From: Candidatus Latescibacterota bacterium
GTDB taxonomy: Bacteria; Latescibacterota; UBA2968; GCA-2709665
DNA length: 64,000 nt
Direction of reading: 5' to 3'
Assembly (NCBI GenBank): GCA_965237675.1
Contig: OZ250150.1
Coordinates: 5,344,001-5,408,000, forward strand
In this document: in pieces, positions 50,701 through 60,532 of the stretch
How the letters are laid out: each line of letters starts with the position of its first letter
How positions within the stretch are numbered: the first letter of the stretch is position 1
Made by a program: the position numbers and the translations under genes
Notes under the pieces: generated by a model
Database searches by the model: none
What the model was told of the DNA's origin: nothing
What the model saw: only the letters and a program-made list of their open reading frames with translations

Positions 50701-51883
50701 TGTCGGCTTCGCCCATCACCCACGCGTGGTGGTGTAACGGAGAGAATTGCCATTCAGCCGCCCACATACAGTGCTGCCAGAGCGGATGCGGGTAATCCTT
50801 CTGGAAGTACCGACCGAGACAGTAGAGCGCAACGGCCGCCCACTGGTGGTGCCGCGTCCCCACGGCGGAGGGCGGCGTGTCATAGGCGTCCCTGCTCAGA
50901 TCCAGATTTCGTACGATCATGGCCGTCCTGCTCTGCCCGTAGGGATCGTGAGTGAACTGCTTCGCGAAGGCATTGGTCACGCGCACCCGCTGTTCGTCCG
51001 TAAACAACGGGCTTTCCTCGATCAGATCCCAGTACAGGATCATCATGTGCGCGGTATAGTGGTACGGTCCGGTCAGCGGCTCATCCTTGTTCTCGATCCG
51101 CTCTCCGTCGATCGCCGCAATCTGTTCCCTCGCCGCCGCATCGGGAAAGGCCAGGCGCAGAAACTCCCTCGCATGGATCTCCCGCCCGGTCATGTAATAC
51201 ATCGCCATATGCTTGCTGATGCTGTTCCACCCGAAATACCCCACGGACCGGTAACCCGCGGAGGCCTCCCACGTCTCGAATTTCTGCAGGTCTTCCGGTA
51301 TGGAGATCCCCCTGCCGAGCGCGATATCCATCTGCCAGCCGACGGACAGGCCGCCGTCGCGGACGGGGACCCGGGCTAGCGTTCGGACAAACGCATCGGT
51401 CCCCCGACCCACGCCGGCCGCGTCGCTTCCGCCCACCGCAATGACATTGCGTCCGTTCCCGAACGGATTGTGAAGAGACCGAACCACGTAGCCCCCCGGG
51501 CCGGGGTATCTCAGATCCAGCAACGTGTAGTAACGGTCGTAGAGCGCCCCTAAGGTCCGATTCGTGGACCGGTTGCCCAGCACAATCAGATTGCGCGAAA
51601 TCGGCACCGAACCCGCATGGGAATCGTCCCCTGCCACAGGCACCGCGACCCCGGTCCGGGCGAGAATTGCTTCCTGGATGCGCACGGCGTCGGCGTCGTA
51701 GATTCCGCTGGCGGGAACCACGATGGCAGCGGCCGCCCGACCGCGCTCCACCAAATGGGTGGTCAGGTGCAGTTTTTTGAGGCTGCTGTATACGGGTGGG
51801 ATTGACGCGGAGTTCGCGTACAGGGGCGTTGCTGCGGGTGTAAAGAGAAGGAGAAGGGCAAGCGCGCGCGGGAACATTTCCAC
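47759..51883 (-). CDS. Large secreted multidomain protein (possible polysaccharide-lyase-like core, FG-GAP/PQQ-like propeller, C-terminal FlgD-Ig/T9SS-like domain)
   Basis: Signal peptide; DLDGD..E repeats; ALHQNFPNPFN...YNLLGQRV...WDGRD..G..VSSGVY...KMVLMK; core function is a guess. Confidence 0.75.
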   Translation of the reverse strand: MEMFPRALALLLLFTPAATPLYANSASIPPVYSSLKKLHLTTHLVERGRAAAAIVVPASGIYDADAVRIQEAILARTGVAVPVAGDDSHAGSVPISRNLIVLGNRSTNRTLGALYDRYYTLLDLRYPGPGGYVVRSLHNPFGNGRNVIAVGGSDAAGVGRGTDAFVRTLARVPVRDGGLSVGWQMDIALGRGISIPEDLQKFETWEASAGYRSVGYFGWNSISKHMAMYYMTGREIHAREFLRLAFPDAAAREQIAAIDGERIENKDEPLTGPYHYTAHMMILYWDLIEESPLFTDEQRVRVTNAFAKQFTHDPYGQSRTAMIVRNLDLSRDAYDTPPSAVGTRHHQWAAVALYCLGRYFQKDYPHPLWQHCMWAAEWQFSPLHHHAWVMGEADNLYWYSTGIAPIFTYMLISGDRAALGNGVLETLLRGQEMLISGREPDWALRYASIGYLHKAAYLTGDGRYLEYARRTGLDMDGFRLGQSFWPESALVPEQPTDLTHEWSVHAVPEPLWKRRASGLPLSDSFQFGSFRTTTDATGDYILIDGLNGASRNPYHSFAVLELRLDGETVLEGYANQVLTGADGLVEPHSPMDAALRYRDVVGQTAVAVAEVPDAAFTGWRRALVQRVGRYALFMDRLKFRVDSANLEVRTDWTGPGRWRWVSAGGESHIESGGTRLGIRASDPVEIVLNRGTASMVWRGSVSSGEERAFFSLIAGKGTVEAPVACIRLGTQAAVLGLPEPAIAVGGEYAGIQGDVVLLASDHLFGKDLKTAGLEAVLFTSDAPVDLDWDFPTGSAVLKTRDDTRIRAAFAEPSDVRIDGVPLSQHVVSDSGAVFHVSKGRYELTGATPDPNVLSVTVNRLRGLLLQAREARRRDAERHGGPAVLDSPPIPISFRTRIGGAATDLISFEAEGKAWIGVGEARGVHLLTSDGREGRFFGTDGPVRVLRWWDAFQLLLVGCKDEQVIAFDLEGKRRWTFVSEMHPAVYQAGKTYWFKTAPGHEGIHGLSTGIFRNGQSQAFVGSACTLEILNSNGELVERLPVFWGPGTGFALIESPRGGVDLLIARQPTDSHALSLVNSRTSDVTRGRFAGVPAGHTYIGGWASMSRKHIFYEDLDGDRTREVVSEINGTWNRVTVWNENGAALYSANFGPGNPIPAQNMRDLDIGDLDGDGRKEILAATSKGLVVALDARCNRVWSRRLPSPPTVLAFLRAYDASWVVTGCEDGSIVVLDGTGEVRGMGKASGKPTHILRLGDGVVVGTDRGDVTGFKIGGRFMRKAPAEPSEYALHQNFPNPFNAECQITYQLPEAGEISLIVYNLLGQRVRVLAEGNRQGGYYQVTWDGRDAAGRAVSSGVYCCRLVVRGGKFTAVTKMVLMK

Positions 51884-52269
51884 GATCCTTTTTCGTGCCC
51901 TGAAACGCCGTCCGGCTCGCGGGCAGTCGATGAGCCGCGAAAACGCAGATATATTGAAATATACCCTGTTTGAGGTCGTATGTGTAGTCGTACCCTTTCA
52001 GCCGTCGTATCGACAGGGCACGCGAGCACCTGTGACGGGTCAATTCATGGACCCCCGACGCCTTGCGTGACCGGCTTCCTTCGGCTATCTTTTGGTCAGG
52101 GTACCATAGTGTCCCGTCCCAGAAATATGTTACCATTCATCCCTGTCTGCGTGCGTGAGGCAGCACGCACAGGCAGGCGCCGATTCATCCCGTCTCGCTG
52201 CGTTGCCTTCGCTCGGCGGCCGAATTTCGGCAATCTATTTCCGGGACAGAACACCAGGAAGGAGGGAAC

Positions 52270-53133
52270 ATGGAATACCGTCCGTTCGGTAATACGGGCA
52301 TCCGGGTCAGCGAGGTCAGTCTGGGGGGCGCGTACATCGGCGGAACGGATCCCGAACGCGCTACCGAGAACGCCGTCGAGATCGTCCGCCGTGCGAACGA
52401 TCTGGGAATCAACTATATCGACACCGCGCCCCTATACGGCAGGAGCGAAGCGTTATTCGGCTATGCCCTCGAAACCGCGCAATCGCGCATGCACGTCGCC
52501 ACGAAGGTTGGTTTTGACCCGGAAGACTTCGACTATCGGCGCGATAGCGTACTGCGCAGCCTTGAACGAAGCCTGAAGCGGCTGCGAATTTCGAGGCTCT
52601 TCTCAGCCCAGATCCATCAGGTGAGCATAGCGGGTTGGGAGCGCATCATGGAACGGGGAGGGACCCTCGAGGGGTTGCGAGACGCGCAAGAACGCGGCTT
52701 ATGCGATCATATCGGCATTACGGACAGGGCCATACCCCTGCTGGCGAAGCTCGCCCGCACGGGGGAGTTCGATGCCGTGCTTGTCTTCCACGATTACCAC
52801 CCCCATTCGCAACAGGCCACCGAAGCGGTCATACCGGCAGCAGCCGCAAACGGGATGGGCATTGTCGTTGCCACCGTGCTCGCCGGCGGGCTCTTTGCCG
52901 ATGCCCCCCGGCGCACGACCGCGCTCGAAGCGATAGCCGACCGGAAGGAACGCGCCAGAGCCGATGGGGTCATCCGACGACTCCGGGATGAACCCGGCAC
53001 CGTACCACGGAACGCGTTCCGGTATGTCCTCGCCGACTCGAGGGTCAGCACGATCTCGAGCGGAGCGGCGACCGAGACGGAACTGGAAGACGTGGCACGC
53101 GCCTCGGACATGGGGCCGCTTGAATGGCGGTGA
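52270..53133 (+). CDS. Aldo/keto reductase
   Basis: YRPFGNTG..VS..SLG, GINYIDTAPLYG.SE, ATKVG, SLERSLKRL. Confidence 0.93.
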   Translation: MEYRPFGNTGIRVSEVSLGGAYIGGTDPERATENAVEIVRRANDLGINYIDTAPLYGRSEALFGYALETAQSRMHVATKVGFDPEDFDYRRDSVLRSLERSLKRLRISRLFSAQIHQVSIAGWERIMERGGTLEGLRDAQERGLCDHIGITDRAIPLLAKLARTGEFDAVLVFHDYHPHSQQATEAVIPAAAANGMGIVVATVLAGGLFADAPRRTTALEAIADRKERARADGVIRRLRDEPGTVPRNAFRYVLADSRVSTISSGAATETELEDVARASDMGPLEWR

Positions 53134-53363
53134 GCCGGGCCGGCCGGGTATGCAGAGCGTTGAGGAGGCGGGTTACGCCCTTTGTTTTTCACGGAACCCT
53201 TCCCCGAAGAATCGTGTCTTTCATGGGTGCGGGATCGACTTTCGCAGCCAGTCGTGTCCTGTTGAATTCAACCACAGGCCGGGATCCGCGCTCCGGGGGG
53301 CGTAGCCCGGAACGCCGTCGGGCGTAAGCGTGCCGCAGCCGTTTCCGTGCGGAGGGTTGCAAG

Positions 53364-55826
53364 ATGAAATACGTTCTGATTTTCGCAGTTGCCATCGGTC
53401 TGGTTACGTCAAGGGAGTCCCATGCCGCACCGACCGATTCCCTTCAGTCGCGGGTTGAGGCGTTCTTCAGCGAGGGCACGCGGCTCTTCGAGGCGGGAGA
53501 CCTGGACGACGCGCTGATGAATTTCAGGAAAGCCTTGGGTATCAACAAAAAACATGCGCCCTCACTGGTCGGCATGGGCCACGTGTATTTGAAACGAGGC
53601 GACCTGGATGCGGCCGAAGACGCGTTTATGAATGCCAGGCGCAGGAAACGGAAATTCGCGCCCGCCCACAATGGGTTGGGGCTGGTGTATATGCGGAAGG
53701 AAAAGGGGTTGCTGTGGGCAATCAGGTACTTCCAGGACGCGATTTCGGTGGATCGAACCTTTGCCGTGGCCTACTACAATCTGGCCCGTGCGTATCGACG
53801 CATCGGAGACACCAAGGAGTTGACGGCCTACAGGCGGCTCGCAAGGATCGTTCCGGACCATCCGGACGTGTGGTTCCAGATCGGTCGAATTCACAAGAAT
53901 GGAGAATCGGGAAAATATGTACAGTTTGAAAAGGCGGAGACCGCCCTGCGCAGACAACTGGATGTGAACCCGGATCATCAGGAATCGCGGCTGATCCTGG
54001 GGGAGGTATTGACGGAACTGAACAGACCGGGTGAGGCCGTGCCGCTTCTGATACCACTTGTGGAATCGCCCAATCCTTATCAGCAGCGGTCGCTGTTGGC
54101 GCTTGCCGAAGTCTACATGAAGCAACGCGAATACGACCGGGCCGACGTCCTGTTCGACCGGCATATAGAAGGCCTGGAGCCGGATACGCAGGCCGTATAT
54201 TACGACTTGCGCAAAGTGGCGGAGGAGGAGCGCGAAAGGTTCGATGCGGCGCCCGCGACGGAGTGGAAAGCGCTTTCCGAGCAGTACTGGGCGGGCCGAG
54301 ACCCTGCACCCGTGACGGCCGCGAATGAGCGTAAATTAGAGCATTACCGACGCGTTGCCTACTCGATGGAGCATTTCGGTAGGGACCGGTTCCCATGGGA
54401 TGTGCGTGGCGACGTCTATGTCCGGTACGGCCGTCCCGCCCACGTGAGCAGTTCCGACAATATACAATTTGAAACGGATCCGAAGGCGATCAGAATCAAG
54501 GAACGGATCGCACTTCGCGCCGGCGATGCGATATCCCAGATGCTCAGGGTGCGAAACAGCGAAACCACGTCCTACGGTGGAAGGGTGGGAGGCATCGGGC
54601 AGGCGGATGTTTTAGGGCCCATCAGCGAGACTCTGCGCGAGACGGAGGCGGCGGGCGTCACCCGGACCGCGGACGGCGGGTACAGGGCCGTCCCGTTGGA
54701 CGACGGTTCGGGGGATCTCTCTGGCAAGCTACGGATGGCGTCGAGCATTCTGGGCTGGCCGGTATATCCGGTTTACGGAAAGGTGTGGGAATACTGGATC
54801 TATACGGACGTGGGGCCCGGGATGGAGATTACGTTCACCCGCACCTTGGGACAGACGACGTTCAAATTCGCCGATATGCCAAGCGGGAAGGGCGGGCACT
54901 CCCGCCACCTTTATACGTGGCAGCGTATGAATCCGAAATTGCAACTGGACAAGGTGGGGCGTCGCGTGCCCGTACTCTACCGGCCCACGTTCGCCACGGG
55001 GCCGCTGGCGTATTTTTTCGACTCCGCGGGCTTCAAAGGGGCGCAGGACGCCTCAAATCTTGAGGTCTACTATGGGATTCCGGTATGGGAACTGTCCTTC
55101 TCGCCGGGATCCGACGGCAAACCGACGGCCCGGCTGAAGAAGGGCGTCGCACTCTACAACGAGGCGAATGAACGGGTGCTTCGGAAAGATGGGGAGTTTG
55201 AGCTGTTTTCCGATGCGCCGTCGGATACGGCGCGAAAGGCGTACGTCCCGGAGATGGTCCGGGTATCGGCGCCACCCGGCAGATACCGGATGTCCGTCCA
55301 GGTTCTGGAAATCGGTACGGGCAGATCGCAGGTCTACGAGCAGCAGGTCGTGTTGCCGGCATATCCCGGGGGGTATTTGAGACTGAGCGGCATTCAACTG
55401 GCCGCGTCAATCCGTCCGGCGGACGGTGATCGATTCCGCAAGGGAAACATCCAGGTCGTTCCCAATCCCACGCGGGCGTATGTACGAGGGCAATCGGTTT
55501 TCATTTACTACGAAGTGTACAATCTGAAGCGGGACGAGTTCGGCGCGACAAGGTACAGGGTGTCCTACCAGATACGGTCGGCGTTGAGCGAACCGGTGGG
55601 CGCCCGCATTCTGAGCGGAATCGGGAAGCTGCTGAATGTTCGACAGCACAGTGACGCGTCGATTTCAATCGAGTACGCCCATATTGGCAGCCGTGATGAC
55701 GACCAGGGATACGTGGAACTGGATATGGCCGCTTCCGATCCGGGGGAAAAGTTCTTGACCGTCACCGTAACGGACCAGGTGTCGGGACAGACAACGGTGG
55801 GAACCACGAGACTGACGATCAGGTAG
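53364..55826 (+). CDS. TPR + GWxTD domain-containing secreted protein
   Basis: Signal peptide, TPRs, YW...DP.P.T..NE...EHYRRVAY....F...FPWDVRGDVYVRYG.P, 'IYYEVYNL'. Confidence 0.87.
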   Translation: MKYVLIFAVAIGLVTSRESHAAPTDSLQSRVEAFFSEGTRLFEAGDLDDALMNFRKALGINKKHAPSLVGMGHVYLKRGDLDAAEDAFMNARRRKRKFAPAHNGLGLVYMRKEKGLLWAIRYFQDAISVDRTFAVAYYNLARAYRRIGDTKELTAYRRLARIVPDHPDVWFQIGRIHKNGESGKYVQFEKAETALRRQLDVNPDHQESRLILGEVLTELNRPGEAVPLLIPLVESPNPYQQRSLLALAEVYMKQREYDRADVLFDRHIEGLEPDTQAVYYDLRKVAEEERERFDAAPATEWKALSEQYWAGRDPAPVTAANERKLEHYRRVAYSMEHFGRDRFPWDVRGDVYVRYGRPAHVSSSDNIQFETDPKAIRIKERIALRAGDAISQMLRVRNSETTSYGGRVGGIGQADVLGPISETLRETEAAGVTRTADGGYRAVPLDDGSGDLSGKLRMASSILGWPVYPVYGKVWEYWIYTDVGPGMEITFTRTLGQTTFKFADMPSGKGGHSRHLYTWQRMNPKLQLDKVGRRVPVLYRPTFATGPLAYFFDSAGFKGAQDASNLEVYYGIPVWELSFSPGSDGKPTARLKKGVALYNEANERVLRKDGEFELFSDAPSDTARKAYVPEMVRVSAPPGRYRMSVQVLEIGTGRSQVYEQQVVLPAYPGGYLRLSGIQLAASIRPADGDRFRKGNIQVVPNPTRAYVRGQSVFIYYEVYNLKRDEFGATRYRVSYQIRSALSEPVGARILSGIGKLLNVRQHSDASISIEYAHIGSRDDDQGYVELDMAASDPGEKFLTVTVTDQVSGQTTVGTTRLTIR

Positions 55827-55901
55827 GCAACGGCAGGTCCGCAGGGCCCGGCGCGGACACTGAATTCCGGCACACCAACAGACTATGTCGGGGAATGATC
55901 G

Positions 55902-58187
55902 ATGAACCGAAACCCGCCAGCCTGGCTGGCTCTGGCATTTCTTCTTGCGGCTTGTGCGGGGGAAGAGGCCGTTGTAACCCTTTCCGGCGCCGTGGCGCGC
56001 CCCGGGCCGTATGCCCACAGGCCCGAATGGACCGTGGCGGATTACGTAAAGGCCAGCGGCGGTTATACGGCGGAAGCTGTCGTGAGCGGGGGTAAGCTGA
56101 TTCGGGTGCGGCGGGACAGCCTGACGAACGAGGAGTCGAACCGGTCGTGGTGGCCTCTTGTTTCGTCGCCCCAGGTCTTGGCGGGGGATGTGATCCTCGT
56201 CCCGTTTCGTACCTACGCGGTGCGGATGGATACCGTGCGGTATATAGAAAACCTGACCCTCGAGTGGCAGGACAGGGAATATCGGGTTCCGAAAGCATGG
56301 CTGGCCGCAGGTCGGACCGAGCCGGGTGTGATGGTTGCCTCCGTGATTGGAGACGGTACGGTGGTCGGGAACGAAAACGGCGAAACGCTGGGCAGGTTCC
56401 AGTATCTATATTTGCACCTGCATCCCGGCATATTTGACGTACTGGCTTTGCCCGACCGAAGGCCGGTTGAAAACCGCCTGCTCCTGGAGGATGCCCTGGG
56501 TATCCATCAGAGCATTTTTCCTAAAGTCCGGCACCGGTCGGGCGCCCGCGCCGAGATGCCGCCGGAGGGGTATTTGCGTGTACTGGCCGGCGTGTGGCCA
56601 AAACCCAGAAGCAAGGCATCGCCCGGTCCGGGCATTCGTAAGCGAAAATACAGAGACGGTCGCGAGTGGACCACGTTTCCGGACGGCAGGCAAAGAATGG
56701 TGTTCCCCGACGGACGCGTGGAAGTGGAGTTGCCCGACGGGTCGCGTGAAAGACGCTATGCCGACGGAAGGATCGAGTTGACGGATGTGAGGGGAAACGT
56801 GCAGGTGACGCATCCCGACGGAAGGGTCGCGTCCTCGTTTGCCGACGGAAACCGGGAAGAGAGGTTTGCCGACGGGCGAATCGTACAACGCTTCAAAACC
56901 GGAACACGGCGTACGATTTTTCCGGATGGAAGGGAGAAGACGCGATTTTCGGACGGCACCTTACATATCAAGCGCGGAGACGGAACCGTGGAGATGACCT
57001 TTCCCGAGGGCATGACGGAGACACGACATGCGGACGGGCGGAGGGTGGCCGTCACGCGGGAAGGACACCGGGTGACGGTGTTCCCGAACGGGCGGCGGCT
57101 GACCCGGGCCGTGGACGGGACCGTGCTCGAGGAATTCGCGGACGGACGCCGGGTGCAACAGGGCCCACACGGCGAGCGGGTGGAGGTATTTATAGACGGA
57201 ACCAGGAGAACGACATTGAAGGACGGCTCCACGGTGTTCCGGAAGCCGGACGGCACCCGCGTGGAGCGCCACGCGGACGGACTGGTCATTAAGATATTTC
57301 CCGACGGACGTGAGGCACAAACCGGCGCGGACGGCGTCCGGCTGGAGACGTTTCCGGACGGACGGGAGGTACAGACCGACGCTCTGGGCAACCGCCTGGA
57401 GACCTTTCCGGACGGACGGCGTTCCCAGAGCGACGCCGAGGGCAACCACGTGGAGATATTTCCGGACGGGACGCAGATCAAGACGTTCGCGAACGCCTAC
57501 CGGTACTGGGGACCGATAGAGGATGATCTGGTGGACATCGACGACACGCCGGGCCGGCTGGCCCCGGGGGGTCGTCTGCGGGTGGCTGGCGCTGTACGTT
57601 CCGGTCTCGAAGGCATGCAGGCGGCGGTTTTCCGGCTGCCCGACGGGAACGTGTTTGAAATACCCGTCGTGCGAGAGAAAGTACGCTTTCACTGTGTGTT
57701 TCCGGAGAGTGTTTTTTCGGTATCCGGGCATTACCGGGTGCAGGTCCGGGCGAAACTCGCCCACGGGTCCGTCGTGGTGGGAGACCGGCCACTGGTCGTT
57801 GGGGATCCACCCCCGCTTGGGAAGATGGTCCTGACCGTCATGCCGTTTCGGGACGTGGACGACGCCCGAGACCGCCTTTCAAAGATGGTTCATGCGGCGC
57901 GCAGCCGCCTGGAACTGCCTGTCCTCGAGTCGCACCCGCGGTTGGTGGAGTTCGCCCGGGTGAAATTATGGGACGTGATGGCGTCGGACACCTTCACATC
58001 CGAGCGGGGGCATGGCGGCGCGGAGAGTTTTACCCGGGGTCCGTCCGTTGAGGAGGTATATACATTTATGATGCTGAGCAGCGCCCACAGACGGGGTATT
58101 CTGGGTAAGAAATGGACGCACTGGGGCGTTTCCGTTCAACAGGACGGAGGAGACGTCTTCGTGGTGATGGTTTTTGACACCACTTGA
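55902..58187 (+). CDS. Lipoprotein with SLBB domain, 9-aa (xPDG) beta-meander repeats and C-terminal CAP-like domain
   Basis: LLAA-C lipobox; GAV.RPG.Y...TV.D...SGG; 31 repeats; 'M.S..HR..IL....TH.GV'. Confidence 0.8.
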   Translation: MNRNPPAWLALAFLLAACAGEEAVVTLSGAVARPGPYAHRPEWTVADYVKASGGYTAEAVVSGGKLIRVRRDSLTNEESNRSWWPLVSSPQVLAGDVILVPFRTYAVRMDTVRYIENLTLEWQDREYRVPKAWLAAGRTEPGVMVASVIGDGTVVGNENGETLGRFQYLYLHLHPGIFDVLALPDRRPVENRLLLEDALGIHQSIFPKVRHRSGARAEMPPEGYLRVLAGVWPKPRSKASPGPGIRKRKYRDGREWTTFPDGRQRMVFPDGRVEVELPDGSRERRYADGRIELTDVRGNVQVTHPDGRVASSFADGNREERFADGRIVQRFKTGTRRTIFPDGREKTRFSDGTLHIKRGDGTVEMTFPEGMTETRHADGRRVAVTREGHRVTVFPNGRRLTRAVDGTVLEEFADGRRVQQGPHGERVEVFIDGTRRTTLKDGSTVFRKPDGTRVERHADGLVIKIFPDGREAQTGADGVRLETFPDGREVQTDALGNRLETFPDGRRSQSDAEGNHVEIFPDGTQIKTFANAYRYWGPIEDDLVDIDDTPGRLAPGGRLRVAGAVRSGLEGMQAAVFRLPDGNVFEIPVVREKVRFHCVFPESVFSVSGHYRVQVRAKLAHGSVVVGDRPLVVGDPPPLGKMVLTVMPFRDVDDARDRLSKMVHAARSRLELPVLESHPRLVEFARVKLWDVMASDTFTSERGHGGAESFTRGPSVEEVYTFMMLSSAHRRGILGKKWTHWGVSVQQDGGDVFVVMVFDTT
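56637..57497 (+). repeat. Coding tandem repeat, ~31 x 27 nt (9 aa)
   Basis: Gly every 9 residues, consensus xxxxx(F/H)(P/A)DG; recurrent (C/G)GACGG at DNA level. Confidence 0.9.
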
Positions 58188-58270
58188 TGCATGCGGGACG
58201 GAGCATACAGAGACAGAAGGGCCGGCGAGGGCGGTGCCCGTACGCCGGTCACAGCACCGGCGTGGACCGG

Positions 58271-59353
58271 CTATTTTCGTCCGTATTGCAGAATGAAGTC
58301 TTCCACCATCTCCCGGGCCTCGTCGTCGCTGAACTGCTCGGGCGGGCTCTTCATAAAGTAAGAGGAGGGGCCCGACAACGGTCCCTTCAGGCCGTGTTCG
58401 AGGCCCAGTTTGCAGCAACGAACCGCGTCGATCACCACACCAGCGGAGTTGGGCGAGTCCCAGACCTCCAGCTTAAGCTCCAGGTTGAGCGGCACACCGC
58501 CAAAGGTTTCGCCCTCCATCCGAATGTGGCACCATTTCCTGTCTTCCAGCCACGGCACATGATCGCTCGGGCCAACATGGACATTCTCTTCGCCCATGTT
58601 GTAGTCCAGCTGAGAGGTGACGGCGTTGGTCTTGCTGATCTTTTTGGATTCGAGCCGGGAACGTTCCAGCATGTTGTAGAAGTCGGTATTTCCACCGAAG
58701 TTCAGCTGGTAGGTGCGTGTAAGTTTAACGCCTCGTTCCCGGAAGAGCCGGGTGAGCACACGGTGGGCGATGGTGGCGCCGACCTGTGATTTGATATCGT
58801 CTCCGATGATGGGAAGGCCGTGCTTTTCAAAGCGTTCGGGCCAGTGGCCCGCGCTCGCGATAAAGACGGGCACGCAGTTGACAAAACCACAGCCGGCTTG
58901 AAGAACCTGCTCGACGTACCACTTCGTGGCTTCTTCGCTGCCTACCGGGAGATAGTTGACAACCACGTCGGTTCCTGTGGCCTTGAGGACGTCTGCCACA
59001 TCCACGGTGCTGCCGTCCGCCTTTTCGATGATTTCGCTGAGATACCGGCCCAGGCCGTCGTGGGTCATGCCGCGCTGGACGGGCACGTCAAGTTCAGGAA
59101 CATCCGAAAATTTGACGGTATTATTGGGGTCGGTGAAGATAGCATCGCTAAGGTCTTTGCCGACCTTGTTCCTGTCGATGTCGAACGCGGCGGAGAATTC
59201 AATGTCGCTGATATGATACCCGCCCAGATCGGGATGCATCAGGCCAGGTATGAAGCCGTCGTTCGGAACATCTTTATAATATTGGACGCCCTGAACGAGA
59301 GACGATGCGCAGTTGCCGACGCCGACGATGGCAACTCGGACTTTTCTTGCCAT
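58271..59353 (-). CDS. ino1: Inositol-3-phosphate synthase
   Basis: [49 protein letters not shown]. Confidence 0.97.
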   Translation of the reverse strand: MARKVRVAIVGVGNCASSLVQGVQYYKDVPNDGFIPGLMHPDLGGYHISDIEFSAAFDIDRNKVGKDLSDAIFTDPNNTVKFSDVPELDVPVQRGMTHDGLGRYLSEIIEKADGSTVDVADVLKATGTDVVVNYLPVGSEEATKWYVEQVLQAGCGFVNCVPVFIASAGHWPERFEKHGLPIIGDDIKSQVGATIAHRVLTRLFRERGVKLTRTYQLNFGGNTDFYNMLERSRLESKKISKTNAVTSQLDYNMGEENVHVGPSDHVPWLEDRKWCHIRMEGETFGGVPLNLELKLEVWDSPNSAGVVIDAVRCCKLGLEHGLKGPLSGPSSYFMKSPPEQFSDDEAREMVEDFILQYGRK

Positions 59354-59429
59354 TGAGAAACTCCTTGAAGAGATGAAGATCTGCCGCTCTGGCCATAACA
59401 GGGCTAAAAGATAGGAAGTTTTATGTATT

Positions 59430-59473
59430 TAACAAATAAATATTTGTTATATTATTTATAGAGTTTTTCTATA
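59430..59473. promoter_or_regulatory. Two palindromes in the ino1/LysR divergent region, including a LysR-type box
   Basis: TAACAAATA-AA-TATTTGTTA (59430-59449) and TATAGA-N5-TCTATA (59457-59473; contains ATAG-N7-CTAT, T-N11-A). Confidence 0.7.
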
Positions 59474-59608
59474 CAGTGCATGTGTGCCTCGTTGCCGCTC
59501 GTACCCTCGGTTCAGACATACACGACGTCAATCGCCACCGCTGAGTCTACATTCCGAACGGACACGCGCCGGTATTACCGTCCTTCATTTTAGCTCAAGG
59601 GGGCTTTC

Positions 59609-60532
59609 ATGAACCTGCAGCACCTGAAATATTTCCTGGCCGTGGCCCGTGCGAGCAGCTTCAGCCGGGCCGCTCAAGAACTGCACGTGACGCAGCCCAC
59701 CGTCAGCAGCGGGGTGGCGGACCTGGAGCGCGCGCTGGGTGTCCGCCTCTTCAACAGGGGCAGCCGGCACGTGGGGTTGACAATGGAGGGAAGAACGCTC
59801 GCGAATTACGGAATACAAATCCAGGATCTGGTGGAATCGACTGAAGACCGGCTGAAACGCCGCGACGTCCTGCCGGGGGAAGGATTTCAGTTCGGGGCTA
59901 TCGACGCCGCTGTAACCTACCTGTTACCGGAAGTCTTGAAGGCGTATATGCGGGATTGTCCGGACGTAGCGCTTTCCGTACAGGTGGCGCCTTCCCGGTA
60001 CCTGGTGGAGGATCTGCTTCTGAACCGTTCTGAATTCGCCGTGATTTCGCTGCCGTTCACCCATCCGAAATTGAAGACGGTTTCCGTTTATCGAGATTCC
60101 ATGCCCCTGGTCGTGGGGGCGTCGCATCGGTTCTCCCGGCGTTCCTCCGCCGACCTGCACGAAGTGGCCAGGGAACCCCTCATTCTGTTTCACGCCGATT
60201 CCGTGTCACGCAAAATTGTGGACGAACGGTTCGCCGAGGCCGGAGTTTCCGCCGGCGTGGTCATGGAAATGCGAAGCCCCGAGGCCATGCGGAAACTGGT
60301 TGAGGTGGGTGTGGGTATCTCTTTCCTGCCCCATCTGACGGTGCGGGATTCCCTGACGTCGGGGGCGCTGGTAACCGTACCGGTGAAGGGTGTACAATTC
60401 AGCCGCGAGATCGGCGTGGCGTGGCGCGAGGGCCGTTATTTCGGCCTCGCAATCCGGCGCCTGCTGGACGCCATTTTTGATCGGTTCGGGGTAGCAGCAC
60501 CCGGCAAGCACGGCGACCCGTCGGATTTCTAG
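59609..60532 (+). CDS. LysR family transcriptional regulator
   Basis: LKYFLAVA...SFSRAA.ELHVTQP.VS...LE..LG..LF.R. Confidence 0.96.
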   Translation: MNLQHLKYFLAVARASSFSRAAQELHVTQPTVSSGVADLERALGVRLFNRGSRHVGLTMEGRTLANYGIQIQDLVESTEDRLKRRDVLPGEGFQFGAIDAAVTYLLPEVLKAYMRDCPDVALSVQVAPSRYLVEDLLLNRSEFAVISLPFTHPKLKTVSVYRDSMPLVVGASHRFSRRSSADLHEVAREPLILFHADSVSRKIVDERFAEAGVSAGVVMEMRSPEAMRKLVEVGVGISFLPHLTVRDSLTSGALVTVPVKGVQFSREIGVAWREGRYFGLAIRRLLDAIFDRFGVAAPGKHGDPSDF

